From assembly GCA_036172245.1 (NCBI GenBank), contig JAYWIR010000007.1:2046001-2110000 (forward strand): a stretch of 64,000 bases of DNA, written 5' to 3'. The notes beneath the pieces were generated by a model that saw nothing but the letters and a program-made list of their open reading frames with translations, searched no databases and was not told where the DNA came from. A program made the position numbers and the translations under genes. Below are positions 1-13,499 of this stretch, piece after piece; within the stretch, counting starts at the first letter, position 1; every line of letters begins with the position of its first letter. The DNA is from Raillietiella orientalis. Taxonomy: Eukaryota.

Positions 1-3000
1 TCAGTGATATGCTTCCGATGCAAATGCCCATTTAAATTGAGGATAGCCAAAAATTAAAACGTGTTATATACAAAATACACGATCATTACGGTTTTTGTAA
101 TCTACTACGCCAGGCGCATTACTTCACCATAATTTTACTTCACAGGGCAAACAGAAATTTATTTGTTTTTCAAGGGGGGTTCGTGTGACTTAATTTCAAA
201 AATGCTAATCTTGAGTGCTGCTAAAATAAAGAGGCAGGCGGTACTTCTATAAAGTTGCATCGGAAATTTCTGCAAGATCAAATACACAAAGAAAAAAAAA
301 AAATAAGTAAAAAATACCAACTTATTCGAACTCTTCAGCCAATTTTCGCTAATTTCTACGACAAGGCAAGGAGCTCGGAACTTCATTAATAGAAGCATCA
401 CATCTGGGTCTGAATGTGGTTCTTTCGAATCACGTCCCTTCCGAATACATTAGAAAATTGGAAAAATTCAGTCCAATGCCGCCCCATGAATAGGAAATTC
501 CCAATATGTTAATCTGACAGTGTGGTAGGTAGAGGTTTGTCGGAGATAAAAGAAAAGAATCATGGCAGATTGTGGCAGACAGCTTCAGAGCGGCCTGAAA
601 AGCAATTTGATTCACAGCAGCAGCACAAACGAACGCGTCTGCCAGTTTTATTACCAATGTTTTTTTGTTTTTTTTTTTGTCTCTGTGTGTGTGTGTGATA
701 GCACTTAATAAAGCAGTTAATGCTAACTTGGATCTGAGACAGGAAGCAACACTTTTTTTTTTTTGTTATGTTGAACTGAACCTTATCGACATTCATCAAC
801 TCTAGAAGCAAACAGAATGTTGTTCATTTCGAGACCGGCTTTCTGGACCTCCATATGATATGAAGAGCACGTTAAATAAGCTTCCTGCTTGTTTCGAATG
901 GCAGCATTACGACATGCCATTTCTCACTGACCAATCGGTTTTAATTAAAAAGCGTCTTCGAACTCTTTCAAGAATCCATCCAGATTTCCGCTTCATTTGG
1001 AGCACCCTCTGAAGAACTCTCGCCTCTTCTTCTCGTTGGAGCACGCCTTCCCCATATTAATTCCTATTTATTGTGAACTGAGTTTGCCTGGAACAAACGA
1101 TGTTTGTTTGCTGTACGATGCTTGTTTGTTGGATGGTCGAAGCATTTTTCTTTTGCTGACTGGTGAATAGGACGGTTATGTTATGTGGAGCTTTTACGAC
1201 GGTTTCCATTTTCGACAGTCAGCTAAACCGATTAGTTCGTTTACTAAAATGACAGCAAATACCAAGTGAACATTTATCTTTTGAATGATTGCAGCTATTT
1301 TTACATCTTCGTTGTTTTTCGCATTTCCATCATTTTTTCTCCCATTAAGAACCCATGATTATTTGTTGATCCTTGCACTTGCTAATCTGGAAACATTCTC
1401 CTCGTGCTGTTCATCTAAACTAAACCGACAATTACGAATCGAAACACCGTGCATTCAACACCCTATGTCCTTCGGAGTCGCAGATAACTCTTATGAGTAG
1501 TCCAGCCACCAAAGAACCTTTATAGCCGCAGAGAACAGATGGAACGTTAAAAAAGTCCAAAGGTTTGTCTTCGAAAGATACAGAGTTCCATGCTGCAGCG
1601 TGATGAGGATAGTGAACCCAAATCCAGTGATGATTAGACAAGGGTCACTTGTGATTCACACATCCCTCGCAACTAAAGTCCTTGAATTCAGGAATGATAG
1701 TATAATCCTGTCCAGTAATGTTCAGGCGTCCTCGTGAAAGAGTAGTGGAATTTTCCCAGAATCCGAAGCACTCGAGAAGTGGCTCGTGACTTCAGTGATC
1801 CAAACTCCTGTTGCACCGTTTGACGGATCAGCATCAAATTTCTGCTTGCATAAACCAAATTTGCAATATATGCTTATATGCGGATATAGATTTCAAGACG
1901 ACACATATATAAAACAGGAAATGAAAAGGGATGGTGCAGTGTGATTTCCTTTTTTCTCTCCTTCTTCTGGGTACGGATACGAAGAATACCGAGACGCGAG
2001 TGAGAAATTTTTTCCTCAGTGGGAACGATGGAAATTTTGGCGTGTGCAGCTAACTCGGCAAAAATTCACTTGCAGACCGTCTCACAATTTAATGGAAAAC
2101 TAAGTAAAGGAATACGAAACAAAGCCGGAGAAGGTATGATGGAAAAAGGCGAAAGACGGAAATAAAGGAACCATGAAATAAAAATGAAATGGATGCCTGC
2201 TTTGCATGAACAAGCGAGTGGGTACACCGCTCTTAAACCACAAGTGCCCAAAGCACTACATACGTCAGAACGAACTGAAACATTCAGTCTGCCCCGGTTT
2301 TTTTTTTTTTCGGTTCCTTCCTTTTCTTTCGTTCCTCTCTCCTTCCCTCTTTTTCAATCGATTGTCGAATTTGCGCTGTTTTGTCCTCTAAACCTTCATT
2401 CATCTTATTTTACAAGGATTCCTGTAAAGTGCGGTTTAGGAAGAGCAATGGGGTCCGCGGGCGAAGCGCTGGAAAGCGCCGCTGCGTACTCAGAATGTCG
2501 ACTTGTGGAAACCGAATTCGTAGAACGAATCGTCTGCGTTTACGATGGCAAAGCTAAACTTGGATTTCCCCTCCCCTCCACGTCCCCCCATTCCATTTTG
2601 CGATTTTCCATTTTCGCATTTCAGCAACCCCAGATTTGTGGGTTTCTTTCTCTTCCGAATGCCTCCGTTTTTATCCTTTTCCCCATTCTCCTTGGCGGGA
2701 TGCTCGACTTCGGAGACGACTATCCTTCCCAAGAACTACTTTCTTCGACTTTGTTTTCTTGAGAGAGCAAACTCTACAACGGCAGGTGTCCCGGGCTATT
2801 CCCACAGAGTACACGGAGATAACAGAATTGTACTACTGCACGCGTGTTTCTGCTTCCAAGAAGTCCACGACGCAACCGGCAAAGTGTTTTCCTGTTGACG
2901 TGCCCAGACTTTAATTTGTACACCGGGACTTATATCGAGGAAGCAACATTTCGCTACGTGTGTTGCCTTTGGCGTTCCATTTATTCTCGATTCCAATTAT

Positions 3001-3049
3001 TTTTCGAAATGGGTTCTTCCTGTTCTTCTGCTTTCTCTAATAGTGCAGC

Positions 3050-3950
3050 ATTTCAGAGTTGATCATCTTCATTCCCTGTCTCCACTACGGACACGCATTT
3101 CATTCTTTTCTTCAGTTCAATTTACACAGCAAACACGAGTTTTATTGGAGTCTGCTCTGCCAACATGTGAATTGTTTTTTTCTTCTTCTTCTCCTTATTA
3201 TTATTGGAATGTTAAGGTTGGAAGCTTCGACTGGCGTCTTTGGCATAAACAGCTTTCTTACCCTCAAAAGATTCCGCTGTCGAATGTACTGAATGTGTTG
3301 CTCCTCAACGCTTCGTGCCACCTTTGCGTTTGCAGGTTGTCACAGCACGTTCATTTATTTTATACATTTTCTTTCCTTCCTTAATGCAAGGGTTCTGTCT
3401 TGATAGAGGATTGGAATTGCACTGCAAACACAGAAGTCTCGTTTCATCTGCCATATAAATGTTAGTTTTTATGCCATGATCGGAAAGCTCTATCCTCAAA
3501 TGACTTCCCCCTTTCCAGCAATACGACCCTGGCTTAGTTACTATTTGCTGATCCAGTTGATGACCCCATGAATGAGCTTTATGTCCCGTCGATAACGTTT
3601 ACTCCGAATAGTTAAGAATAGTGCACTGAAGTTTACTTTTCCGATTCACTTCATTTTTACATTTGTTCACTGGGGTGTAGGTTTGCATCAGCATCGCACT
3701 TCCAAGTCTTCTTTGCTTCACTACATCCAGGTATAAAGTTTTTGCATTACCGCCTCGGTCACGTTTGCTTTCGAGTTTGGAATTCGACTATTTTGTCTTA
3801 TACCGCTCTTTCTCAAACAAGCCAATATTTTTAATGGATTCCAAAGGTCATTTCTTTCAGTCATCTTTCGTACTTAAACACGCAAGTTGTTTGTTTCTGT
3901 TGAAGATGTCCGTTTTTCAAAGCCAATTCCTGGTTGTTTCGATCTTGGTT
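3050..3950 (-). mobile_element. Degenerate pogo/Tigger (CENP-B/DDE_1-like) DNA transposase relic; boundaries approximate
   Basis: ORF 3305..3499 reads NIYMADETRL...EGKK...ERAVTTC...GGTKR, resembling the Tigger pattern nIyNaDETGL...GgK..keRiTv...nadGteK. Frameshifts and stops on both sides. Confidence 0.5.
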
Positions 3951-4770
3951 ATCCTTCCGGGGGAGCATTGCTTTATGCTTTTGTTCAAACAAAGTCGATA
4001 TTTTGATTTTATTGCAGTAGCCGTTTCAGTTACCTTTTATTCAGTATTTTGGGTCTGCCGAAAAGTTGGACCTTATACAATTTCTTGCCCTCTGCAACGT
4101 CCCTATTTGAACCATAAACATGTCCGGTTAAACTATGGTACACCATGAAGCCTCAATGCAGTTTCTAACATCCTATGCACTTCTCCAACAAAATTTCTGA
4201 AGTTCCCTGTTGTGTAGCACAAATCTTCCGAGCTGGGAGAATTTCACTGCTCATGAATTGGGTCCAGCAATAAACTGGAGGATTTATTTTGAAAACTTAA
4301 AAATGTCCTATGCTTTTGCACGGAAAAATAAGCTTGATTACAAAGCTGTCGGAATTACCACTCCAGAGTATTCCTTCGTCTGATGTTCACGAAGAGTTTT
4401 AGAGAGACAAAGGTAAAAAATAAAAACGAAGGAGGTTTCTCTTAAAAGCGAAATTTTGAGCTGGGGCCATCAGAATATGAAAACCAAGTTCGAGATCTGA
4501 TTGGAACCAAGTATGTAGCGAGGGATGCTGAATATCTCAGATCTTGCATTTTATGTAGTGTCTCGTTAAATAAAAGGTTCTGTGCGAGCTGCTACGAGCA
4601 TATTTGCTTAAAATTAGGTCTCGAAACTCGTTTTCACTTTTTAACGCACCTCATTCAATTCAGATAAATAAATACATAGGAAAAGAACCGTCGAGAGTGA
4701 ACATTTCGATTATGATGAGCACTGTGTCTTGAATGACAGGATTTTGTTGTTTCAAATCTCGAGTTTTTTC

Positions 4771-4803
<33 letters not shown>

Positions 4804-5449
4804 GCACAAGCACACATACAAATGTTTCCGTACGTGAGGCCACTTGACCATTCCGTTGTGCAAGAGTTTTTCATATGACGTTTCTACAGTCGTCGGTTGT
4901 TTGAGGCAAAACCTTTCTAGCCTCGATGACGTTTAACAAGTGAAATCCCCTCTTTTACATTACTTCTTTTCTCACACAGTTGCTTCTCTTTGCCCACGAA
5001 GTTGTTTGCATTGATGGAAGAACGGATGAATCCGTTCTTGAGCTGAACATTCTTTCAAACCCAACTGCTTAGTACTCGAGCCGATCATCATCTTTCTTCT
5101 TTCAAGATTGAGACCCGGAGTCCGTGGACAGAAGTTTTTTCTACAATCCCTAATTCTATTCTCAACACTGCATCTGTCGTTTTGAATTGAGTATTCTTCT
5201 ACTTGACAGTTCTGCCTTTAAAGCTCTGCAGGTTTTCCTTTTCTCGTTACTTTATTCCTCGTTTGTCAGGCACATATACGTGAAATCTATGAATCTTTTC
5301 CGTCGCAACTTATCTTCAGACAACAGACATCTCATGCTGCATCCTTCTCTTGTTTAAAGTATGAAAAAAATCTCCCGTTCCGACTACGATTAAAGCACTG
5401 TAAATTTTAAACGTATAATTCGCATAGCGGGGTCTCTCCATCTGTTGAG

Positions 5450-6720
5450 CGTTTGACGGAAGCATGAAATTTCTAACATTCCAATTAATGCCTTTTTTAT
5501 TCCCTTCTTTCTTCTGTGAGCCACGTAGTGCGTCACCACTGTGTTTTGCAGAATCGTTTCCCCAGGACGTCTGCAGGACTTCTGCTGCTCACGGTTGCCC
5601 CGTTCTTCCTTGTGCCTGTTGAAACCCCTGTCATCTTTGATGAAGAGTCCGTGCCCTCCAAAGTAGTTCATTTCAATCATTTGCCCCAAGGAATTGATCA
5701 CGAATTGTCATTCACTCCAGGGAAATACGTTGCATGCTTCACACCGTTTTTCTTTCTTCCTCTTACGCCGATTACTCCATTTCATGGAAATTTATTCAGC
5801 GTGGGAACGTTGCAATCACCTTCTGTAATTTGGGCTTGTCAAGCTGCATGCTTAGAGAGCCCTCGATTAGATGAAAACATGTTTCTGTGGAGATTTCGTC
5901 TTCTGCACATTCTGCTGCTTAGCCGTCAAAAGCATTCTCGGAGTGGCAGTTCGCCACCCCCACCCACCCCCTTTCGTGGTTTCAAAGTCGTGTTTTCGCG
6001 AACAGCTTGACGGTAAGCAGCGGCATGTTCGCAAGCCGACGTCTACACAGAAAACACGTTTTTTGGATTCGAACGACTCCGAACGCTCGACTCTGAAATA
6101 TGTTGGAACGTGGAGAACGGCTCCAGAGGATGTCGCCCATCTTCAAGATCCTCAATGGCATTCGTATCCTATGATTCGTATGCATTTCATAAATCTTACA
6201 CGATAGCATTCGTGTTTTTGTTTTTCAAGTACATTCGTCTCATCTTCACTTTGGCAATGAGGTGATGCGGATAGCTTAGACATTTCGAAAGATGGCACTC
6301 CCATGTCAGTCAACATGTTCATTATTCTGGGAGTAAAACAGATCTCATGCTTTTTTTTTTTTTTTTTTTTGTGGCTTTTTTGCTCATGCTTTCAATTTCC
6401 TGTTTTCGTTCTACACGCGATCGAAGAACCCAAACGCTACCGAAGTATCTCTTGAGGATTTGAGTATCTTAGACACCCACAAAAGCAACATTTGAGCTTT
6501 TCAAGGATCCGTACTATTGTCTGTTTTTCATTTGTTAACGTAATGTGCCTTCTTTGAGAAGAATACCTCGGATTCATAGTGAACACACTTGCTGTGATTC
6601 CGAACGCAATGTGGGCACATTGTGGAACAGATTCAACAGAAGCAGTTCTCAAGTTGTATTATTTGTATCGGCTGTTATTTCTTGTGGCCCGAATCATTTT
6701 CGTCTGTTAATATTATCTGT
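5450..6720 (-). mobile_element. Degenerate Ty3/gypsy pol relic (RNase H followed by integrase); boundaries approximate
   Basis: Minus-strand fragments occur in gypsy order: IAFG..AS..T...RYS...E...IV..LEKL...G (RNase H-like, 6437..6652), GDILWSR (pre-integrase), then NGVKH..YFP and SRSPADVLGKR (integrase-core-like, about 5550-5750). Heavily interrupted. Confidence 0.45.
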
Positions 6721-7099
6721 ATGTGGTTTCATGGGTTGGAAGTATAACTACGTATGCATATGAGTATCTGTTTAACCACATATCATTGTATCATAAATTC
6801 CTATGCATGACATCACACCATATTTCTTGGGCTAAATTAATTTTTAATAGGGCTACACTAATAAAATTGGGCTAATTTCCTCTGTGCTGTATTCAAATGT
6901 GCTAAATGCAATACATTAATGAAGCAAACAAAATAGATGAATGTATTTTCTGCTACCAAAAAAAATATAGTTTCAAAACATGCATTTGTTTCCCTATTTC
7001 AAACACCAGCTTTTAGTAGTGGTTAAATCATATCTGATGCATAATTTTAGTTTCTCATGGTTCATTCAGAGATGCTTTCTTTTTTAACATTTTAAGTAT

Positions 7100-7830
7100 G
7101 TCTGTCAAGGAAGCTTTCATTGAAATTTGGAATGTAGCAATTTGAAGAAAAAGAGCATGAAATAAAAGTAATTATATCTCAAAACTGTCACAAGATTAGG
7201 GTCAAGAGGCATGAGAACAGTCAGACATATCACCCAGTAGAATACTTTTGGTTGCAGGTAAACAAGTATCATGATTTTTACCTTGTCAATTAATCCTGCA
7301 GTGTTTTGAGAACATTGCATCCCAAAGATTACAGCATTAAGCAATTATCTGATCATAATCTTCCAGAATGCAGTTTTCTGTTACAAACAGACATAACATC
7401 TTAAAGATCAAACAATTTCTATTTATTATTTCCTGAAGCGCAATCATAACCTACTTCATTGGAAAGGTATTTGCTAACTCTGTGTGTCTTTCAAATGACA
7501 CTTGAGTGTTCACTATTTTTTATTCTTTGCTTCCGATCAATTCACATCATTGCTGCTCACTTTTTCACTGGAACATTGTCTCCAGTTGATTAACACTGCT
7601 GCCAGCCACCCATAAAACATTCAATTTATAGTGTTCTACTTGGCTTTCAAAACCTATGATGAAAATGGACGCACATATAAGATCCTCATTCTTTATTTGA
7701 AGCAGCATAAACCTGAGTGAACTTGAGTGATTTTTATTCACTGAAATACAAAAGTAATTTTTCTGATAAATAGGCATGAAAAATAAAATCCTGGAGGTTC
7801 CTGATCTCAAGTCCACAAAGTTTTCAAACA
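7100..7830 (-). mobile_element. Degenerate pogo/Tigger DDE_1 transposase relic
   Basis: ORF 7117..7344 contains VKIMILVYLQP...LTVLMPLDPNLVTVLRYNY, similar to the DDE_1 pattern vklvfLPpntTs.lQPlD.gii.slK..Y. Confidence 0.45.
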
Positions 7831-8689
7831 GTGATTATAATAATGATCTTGAATCACTAAAATATATACAAAAGCTTCACTGAGAGCTTTTTTCATCATT
7901 CTGTATGTAATGGGACCTTAAATATTTTCAATAGCATCAAATGTATGTGTGAATACGATGTTCTTTTATGAACATTTTCATGTATTGAAAGTCATGTTAT
8001 CAAAGATTTTCCTCATTTCCTCACCATACAGGTGTACTTTAAGAAGGCACTACTAGATTCCCTAAATTCAAAGGATTACCACATTGAGTCTCCTTAAATT
8101 CAATAATTATTCTAAGAAAATTACTCAAGATCATCCAGTAAATGCATTCTTAATCATTGACCAAAGAAGAGTTACAAGAAAAACTAAAAACAAAAAGATA
8201 CAAAGAACCACTTTTTGCAAAAACATGCCTTCAAATTAAAAGATTGGACAACAGAAATTGAGTAAAAATCAAAACTGATACACACTGTTCATTGAAAGAA
8301 AAAAATTTGAAATTACTGAAGACATGTTCTGTAGATTGAATCCGATTAAAAATTCCACTGATTATTAAAACTGTGAGAAAATCCATAAGCAGCTGAAAAA
8401 AATGAAGCATCCTTGAGATCTATATAGCTGCCTTGAAGATGGAAAACACTAAGTTCATCATACATCACACTGATGCATACTCTCCCTTCCTTACTGGCAT
8501 TTGAACAACATTAATCAAAATTTAATCAAAACATCATCGAATTCAAGCATACTTAAACCAATAAAAAGCTAGAACGAAACTTTGGATAGCTCCTAAATAA
8601 CAAGGTCTCCAAGCACACTCATTACGTTATGTATGATTACACTTAATAGAGATGTGGGAAACTACTTAATAAAAATGTAGACATACAAT

Positions 8690-9466
8690 TTAGCGCTTGC
8701 TCACAAATTTATTATCCTGGACATAAAATCTAAGCTTCTTGTTAGCCCACTCTGCTTCAACAGACTGTATACCGATTCTTTTGGAAGTAATAATTTGATC
8801 TGAAGAAATTGCAATGCCATCTTCAAGCCACAAACAAGAACAATTGTTGAGATCATGGCAATTCAAAGATTTTGTTATTTGAAAAGCTTCACATATTTTA
8901 GATGGACCATTACACAACTCATGCAGTTTGACGGATTGCTTTTTCTTTTTTCGGAAACTTTCCATGACACTAATACCTTCAAATGGCTCTAATGCACGGA
9001 TGAGAACTGCTGCACCAATACCTTAGAATTGCAAGGTTTGAAATTTCAATGGATTAAGGACATTCTTACCCTGACTACTAATATTCAAACAATGATACAT
9101 TCCATAAATAATGTAAACATAAATCGTTCCAGGTTGCATAAACATAGCCTTGTTTCTAAGGGTAACTTTTCCACCATGAGAATGCGAAGCTTTATCTACA
9201 ATACCGAGATACGATTCTGTTTCTACAATATACGCTCGTAAGAAAGAAGTATCTAATTTACGAACTAAAACTTTTCCCAATAAAGACTTGGCTAAGGCTT
9301 CACAAGGACTATCAAAGAAGTTTGTGGTTAATCTTGAATCAGCGTGCACATCGCCACCACAACAAAGATTCGTTTCATATTCTTCAATAATTTCTCCAGT
9401 GTATTTATGTTTTTTGGATGAAAAAGAAACCTCTTCCAAGGTTCTACGAATTCTCTTTGGAGGCAT
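8690..9466 (-). CDS. MPG: DNA-3-methyladenine glycosylase (MPG/AAG), 242 aa; exons 9466-9070 and 9021-8690
   Basis: Motifs LAKSLLGKVLVR, IVETESYLG, DKASHS, MFMQPGTIYVYIIYGMYHCLNISSQG|IGAAVLIRALEP, LCNGPSKICEAF and KRIGI. A 48-nt GT-AG intron (9022..9069) joins the two ORFs in frame. Confidence 0.96.
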
Positions 9467-9815
9467 TCTCTTGGAAGCAAATGATATTCCACTTTGTATT
9501 ATGTAATTTACGAGTAACCGAATAAAAAATATGCCTTACTTCAAAATTTCCAATACTGAACACAAGAAGGGAACTGCAGATATTCTGCATAAACGTGGAC
9601 ATACACTACAGGCATGATGACACTTACTGCGGTACAGATGTCCGCGATGGGCATCTGCACGCACAGAGAGAAAACAAATTTAATTTACACATTCTGTGCG
9701 CCGCATTCAAAAGGCGAAACGGGTTTCTATGGAAACTGGGACTCGTAAATCAAACAATCTTTCCTAGCATGATGGTTTGCTGCAGGCACTTCTTTACTGC
9801 AAAGGTCTGATGACG

Positions 9816-10220
9816 TCACGGCAGGGCCATCGGGAGAACCCGGAAGACCGGCTCGCGGGTTCCGCTTCGTGGTTTTCCTCCCTGCCGCCACCACGCGGTT
9901 CGTTTTCGGAGTCGGAAGAGCTTCAGCCTCCCAATCGACTCAGATGGCATTCGCATGAAGGATTCGAAATTTCCAACCGGACGTGCTTCGAAAATCATGC
10001 GGCCTGGATCATTCAAAGTCTCCAAAGGCACCGACTTGTCTCGTGTGTCCATGCACGCAAAGGTGTCGTCTTCATGCACAAGTGGAAAGGAGCATCCTCG
10101 AGATACTCTTCAGAGCTTCTGTTTCACACTCCGAACATAAATGGGTCTTCAGAAACGAATTGCTATTCATCTATGGGTATCAGCACGGATTGTTACTGAC
10201 GCGTGGAATGGCAGCTACAT
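9816..10220 (-). mobile_element. Degenerate Penelope-like reverse transcriptase relic
   Basis: HEDDTF...LETLN...MIFE...ESFMRM...LFRLRKRT follows the Penelope RT pattern YVDDTF...LN...FT.E...FLD...vYRK.T; the catalytic motif is degraded. Confidence 0.45.
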
Positions 10221-11858
10221 CCGCACTTTTATCCCACTTAATTGCTCCGATTGGGATGCAACCTGGGCAAGATCAAAGGGGAGAACAAGCAGGCCGGAGC
10301 TCAAACTAATCAAATTCTTCTCTACCTGCATAAATGCACGAAAACAGGCTGTCGGAACAGGAATCCACACGGACACACGGTTTCATATTGTATGTTCCGC
10401 TAAGACTATATAAGGATAAGGAATTCTTGTCCTGAATATTGAGGACATATATATATACAGTAGATCAGGTTGCCTGCAGATGTTGGAAAATTGAACGGGT
10501 GAAGAAAAAAAAAAAAAAAAAAAAAAGCATGATAAACACAGGTACTCGGAAAGATAATCCAGAGGCCATAATTTGTTCTCAAGAAACAAACAGTCGTGTG
10601 CTCTACAGAATATGCGTACTTTTTTCCTCCCTCTTTCGTTCCATGCCAGGGAACAAGCTCCACGTTGCCTTCCTTTTTGCAACCACCCTATTCACGTGGA
10701 CGAGGTCGGCTGTGCTGCGACTGCAAACGTAAAAAGCAAGCGATAAACACGAATTGGGGGTTCTTCTTATCACAGCAAGGTCGCTCAGGACGGAAGACTG
10801 CATCGGAGAAACCGCATGACATGGCAGCCCTGTGCCGGTCCAGGCGGAAACCAATATCGGCCAGCTGCAGAGGATTCGGGAAAGGGCGAGCAGGTGAAGG
10901 CACCGTTAGTGGGAGACTGAGGGAAGGAAAACGGGCTACTACTGGCTGCTGCAAGCCCTCGGGGAACCAGTCGGGATTTTCCCATGCTGGACCTGACTTC
11001 TGACGGAGGACCGAAAACACAACTCCTGCAGGATGGGGAAAACATGCAAACCCCACCTCGAAGCACGGAAGAAAAGGGTGCGGATCTTCGTGTTGGGAAT
11101 CAGGGCAGCCAGAAAGCCGGGCTGAAAGCCTGAGCACGGGAGATGGAGAAGGGAAAGCGCTCCATTCGAAACACGAAATGAAAACCAAAGTCATCAAAGA
11201 CTTCGGAGAGAAAACGAACAAATTTCGTTGATCGTTTAGCGAGGCACTTGGGAGAAACTCTTTTCCCGCTTTCGGGTTTCGACTCTCACAATGGAAGCTT
11301 TGCATCATTTCATGATTCCCAGCACCGTTTAATTAATTCCTTCACACAATTCATCTGCAAATCGATCGGAAAAGGTTGCTTTTTACATTGCACTGCTCAG
11401 TAGCAGTTCCGAATGTTTTCCTTCCGTAGATTCCATGCCCCACCTTTTCGATGCGCAAACAACACTAAATCTCTTCAGATTTCTAATTTGGAATGGATGC
11501 TTGAAATTAGAATTTTTCGAGTTCCAAGTCATTCTTGATCTTCATGAAGATCCTCATGGTGCCCTGCTTCCTCGATTACTGTGCTCTAAGATAACCCATC
11601 ACCATCGTATAGACATTTCTGACCATTGCGTTGACTCATCTCCACTGATATTTCCAGTGACAGTCTTCGTAGTGAGGTCACTTAGAAGGTGCTCCGGTTG
11701 CAACTACACGTGTATGGATTCATCGATTTAGCAGAAGGTCTTTTTGCTTAGTAATCCTGATCTGGAAACTGCAAAAGTAGTCTCTCTGATGACATATGCT
11801 TACTATATCTTTTCTCTGCAAGGAACTAAATAAATTTAAAATCTAATGTCTTAAAAAG

Positions 11859-11912
11859 CGAGAAGTAGTTTAATAGAACATTTTGTTCACACCAAAGAGG
11901 AAAATTTCTTGT
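11859..11912 (+). tRNA. trnV: Mitochondrial-type T-armless tRNA-Val copy inside NUMT A (anticodon reads CAC; probably non-functional)
   Basis: Acceptor CGAGAAG/TTTCTTG, D stem GTTT/GAAC, anticodon stem TTTTG/CAAAG with loop TTCACAC, and a 7-nt TV-replacement loop AGGAAAA. Confidence 0.8.
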
Positions 11913-11923
11913 TTAAATTAAAA

Positions 11924-11985
11924 ACTAATATGACAGAAATATATGTATTAAATTTAGGATTTAATTATGCCTGAAGCTGTTAGTA
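11924..11985 (+). tRNA. trnL1: Mitochondrial-type tRNA-Leu(UAG) copy inside NUMT A
   Basis: Acceptor ACTAATA/TGTTAGT, D stem ACA/TGT, anticodon stem TTAAA/TTTAA with loop TTTAGGA (TAG at 11955-11957), rudimentary T arm. Confidence 0.85.
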
Positions 11986-12241
11986 ATAATTTTTACATGT
12001 GATTTAATATTAATTGAAATAATGAGGTATGTATAAATTTCGAAAATAAAATGTGTAGTATTTAATTTTAATTATAAAAAAAATTGAATTAGTAATTGTT
12101 TAAAATTTTGCTAATATGCGTGCCAGCAGTAGCGGTTAAAATAACATTAATACTTTATTAATTTGAAATAAAAATTTTCGGTTTTACATTTAAATATTAA
12201 TTTTTAATAAGCTATTATTCATAAAATAGAATTAAGTACTC
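11986..12241 (+). rRNA. rrnS: Mitochondrial 12S rRNA 5' fragment (nuclear pseudogene)
   Basis: Conserved small-subunit motif GTGCCAGCAGyNGCGGTTA, and AAAATAGAATTAAGTACTC resembling AAACTAGGATTAGATACCC at the expected spacing. Confidence 0.85.
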
Positions 12242-12714
12242 AGCTGGATATTTATGAAATTACGGAAATTTTACCCTGACACAAATCTCCTTTGTGGCCT
12301 TAGGATAATACATCTTTCTGATTGCTTTCAGCCTGGTGGGAAATAATTGATAACATGAATGTGTTGCTAACATCAGGTAAAAGGAGACGTACTGGCAACT
12401 TCAATATTATTCGGGCTGTTAAAACTAATTAGTTAAACTATACGTGTAATGTGTTCCAAATCTTTAGCGGCGTCAGAGCAACTTGCAAACTAAATTAGAA
12501 CTTCGAACTACTTAGAACTCGACTTTCCATAACCTCAATGCACTGATAGGCAAGCTTTGGTTTGGATTTTTAAAATCATTGCTTTGCATTATTCAGAACT
12601 TGGCTGGAATCATTTATTTCTCAATAGCTTATCTATACTGCTGCAAAATACCGGAGACTTTAACTCCCTCCCGAAATCGAAAACTTATGGTTGCAAAGTG
12701 ATGTGTTCATTCCA

Positions 12715-12830
12715 GTGAAACAGGAAATTCAAAAGAATGCAAATTACGTAGACACACACAAACATTCCTTAAGTGAAACAGGAAATTCAAAAGAATGCAA
12801 ATTACGTAGACACACACAAACATTCCTTAA
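12715..12830. repeat. Perfect 58-bp tandem duplication (2 copies)
   Basis: gtgaaacaggaaattcaaaagaatgcaaattacgtagacacacacaaacattccttaa at 12715..12772 and again at 12773..12830. Confidence 0.97.
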
Positions 12831-13499
12831 AACCATCAAATGGAAAAGGCACGTTCGGTGTGTGATGTTTATTTCTATTGCAGATTTGCTTCCGTTACCT
12901 CTACTTATTAACGTACTTTTGGAAGAAATAGCCAAACCTTTAATGGGCTTGTACACATAGTTACAAGACCGTTTTCTTTCTTTCTTTTTGAAGCATCTTG
13001 GGTTTAGAAGAAAAAGCCATGGGACAGTGGATAGCAAACTTAACGGATAAATACTGAAGTTCAAGCACTCCATTGAAGAATGAGAAAAAAAAAGCTTCCA
13101 GAAAGAAAAAAAAAAAAAAATGCATACCCACATCTTTAATGCAACCGATTGAAGTAAATGGGAACTTGTTCCGTGCAACTGGAGGTCCACATCTTAACTG
13201 ATCCCGCAAAACACCAGAGAGGAAGAGTACAAAGGTTTCAGGAAAGGCAATGCTACGGCTAGTGACATGGAATAATGTTAAGGTTGTTCCCTATGGTTTA
13301 GACAGTTTGTGAAAGCTACCAATAAACCAGCTGATGACGAGTGCCAGCATGTTCTACGTGGTGGTAATACAAGCAGTTCTATCGAGATCCTTATGCTCCT
13401 GGCAAAAAGCAAAGACTGAAAAAGAAAAAAAAAAAACTCCGAGGCTAAAATAAACGGAAGCAAGAGATGGCTTTTCAACGGAATTCCGAACCATGCCGT

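Larger units (their letters stand above)
11859..12241 (+). pseudogene. NUMT A: mitochondrial fragment trnV - trnL(UAG) - 5' part of 12S rRNA
   Basis: Very AT-rich block with two foldable mitochondrial-type tRNAs followed by 12S motifs (TTACATG; GTGCCAGCAGTAGCGGTTA at about 12120). Confidence 0.9.

Noticed and set aside
4765..4803. Poly-T directly followed by poly-A (self-complementary)
   Set aside because: Homopolymers are common across the window; no evidence of function.
11806..11858. Possible tRNA-Leu(UAA) remnant upstream of trnV
   Set aside because: The loop TTTAAAA is suggestive, but the stems do not pair well enough to support a call.
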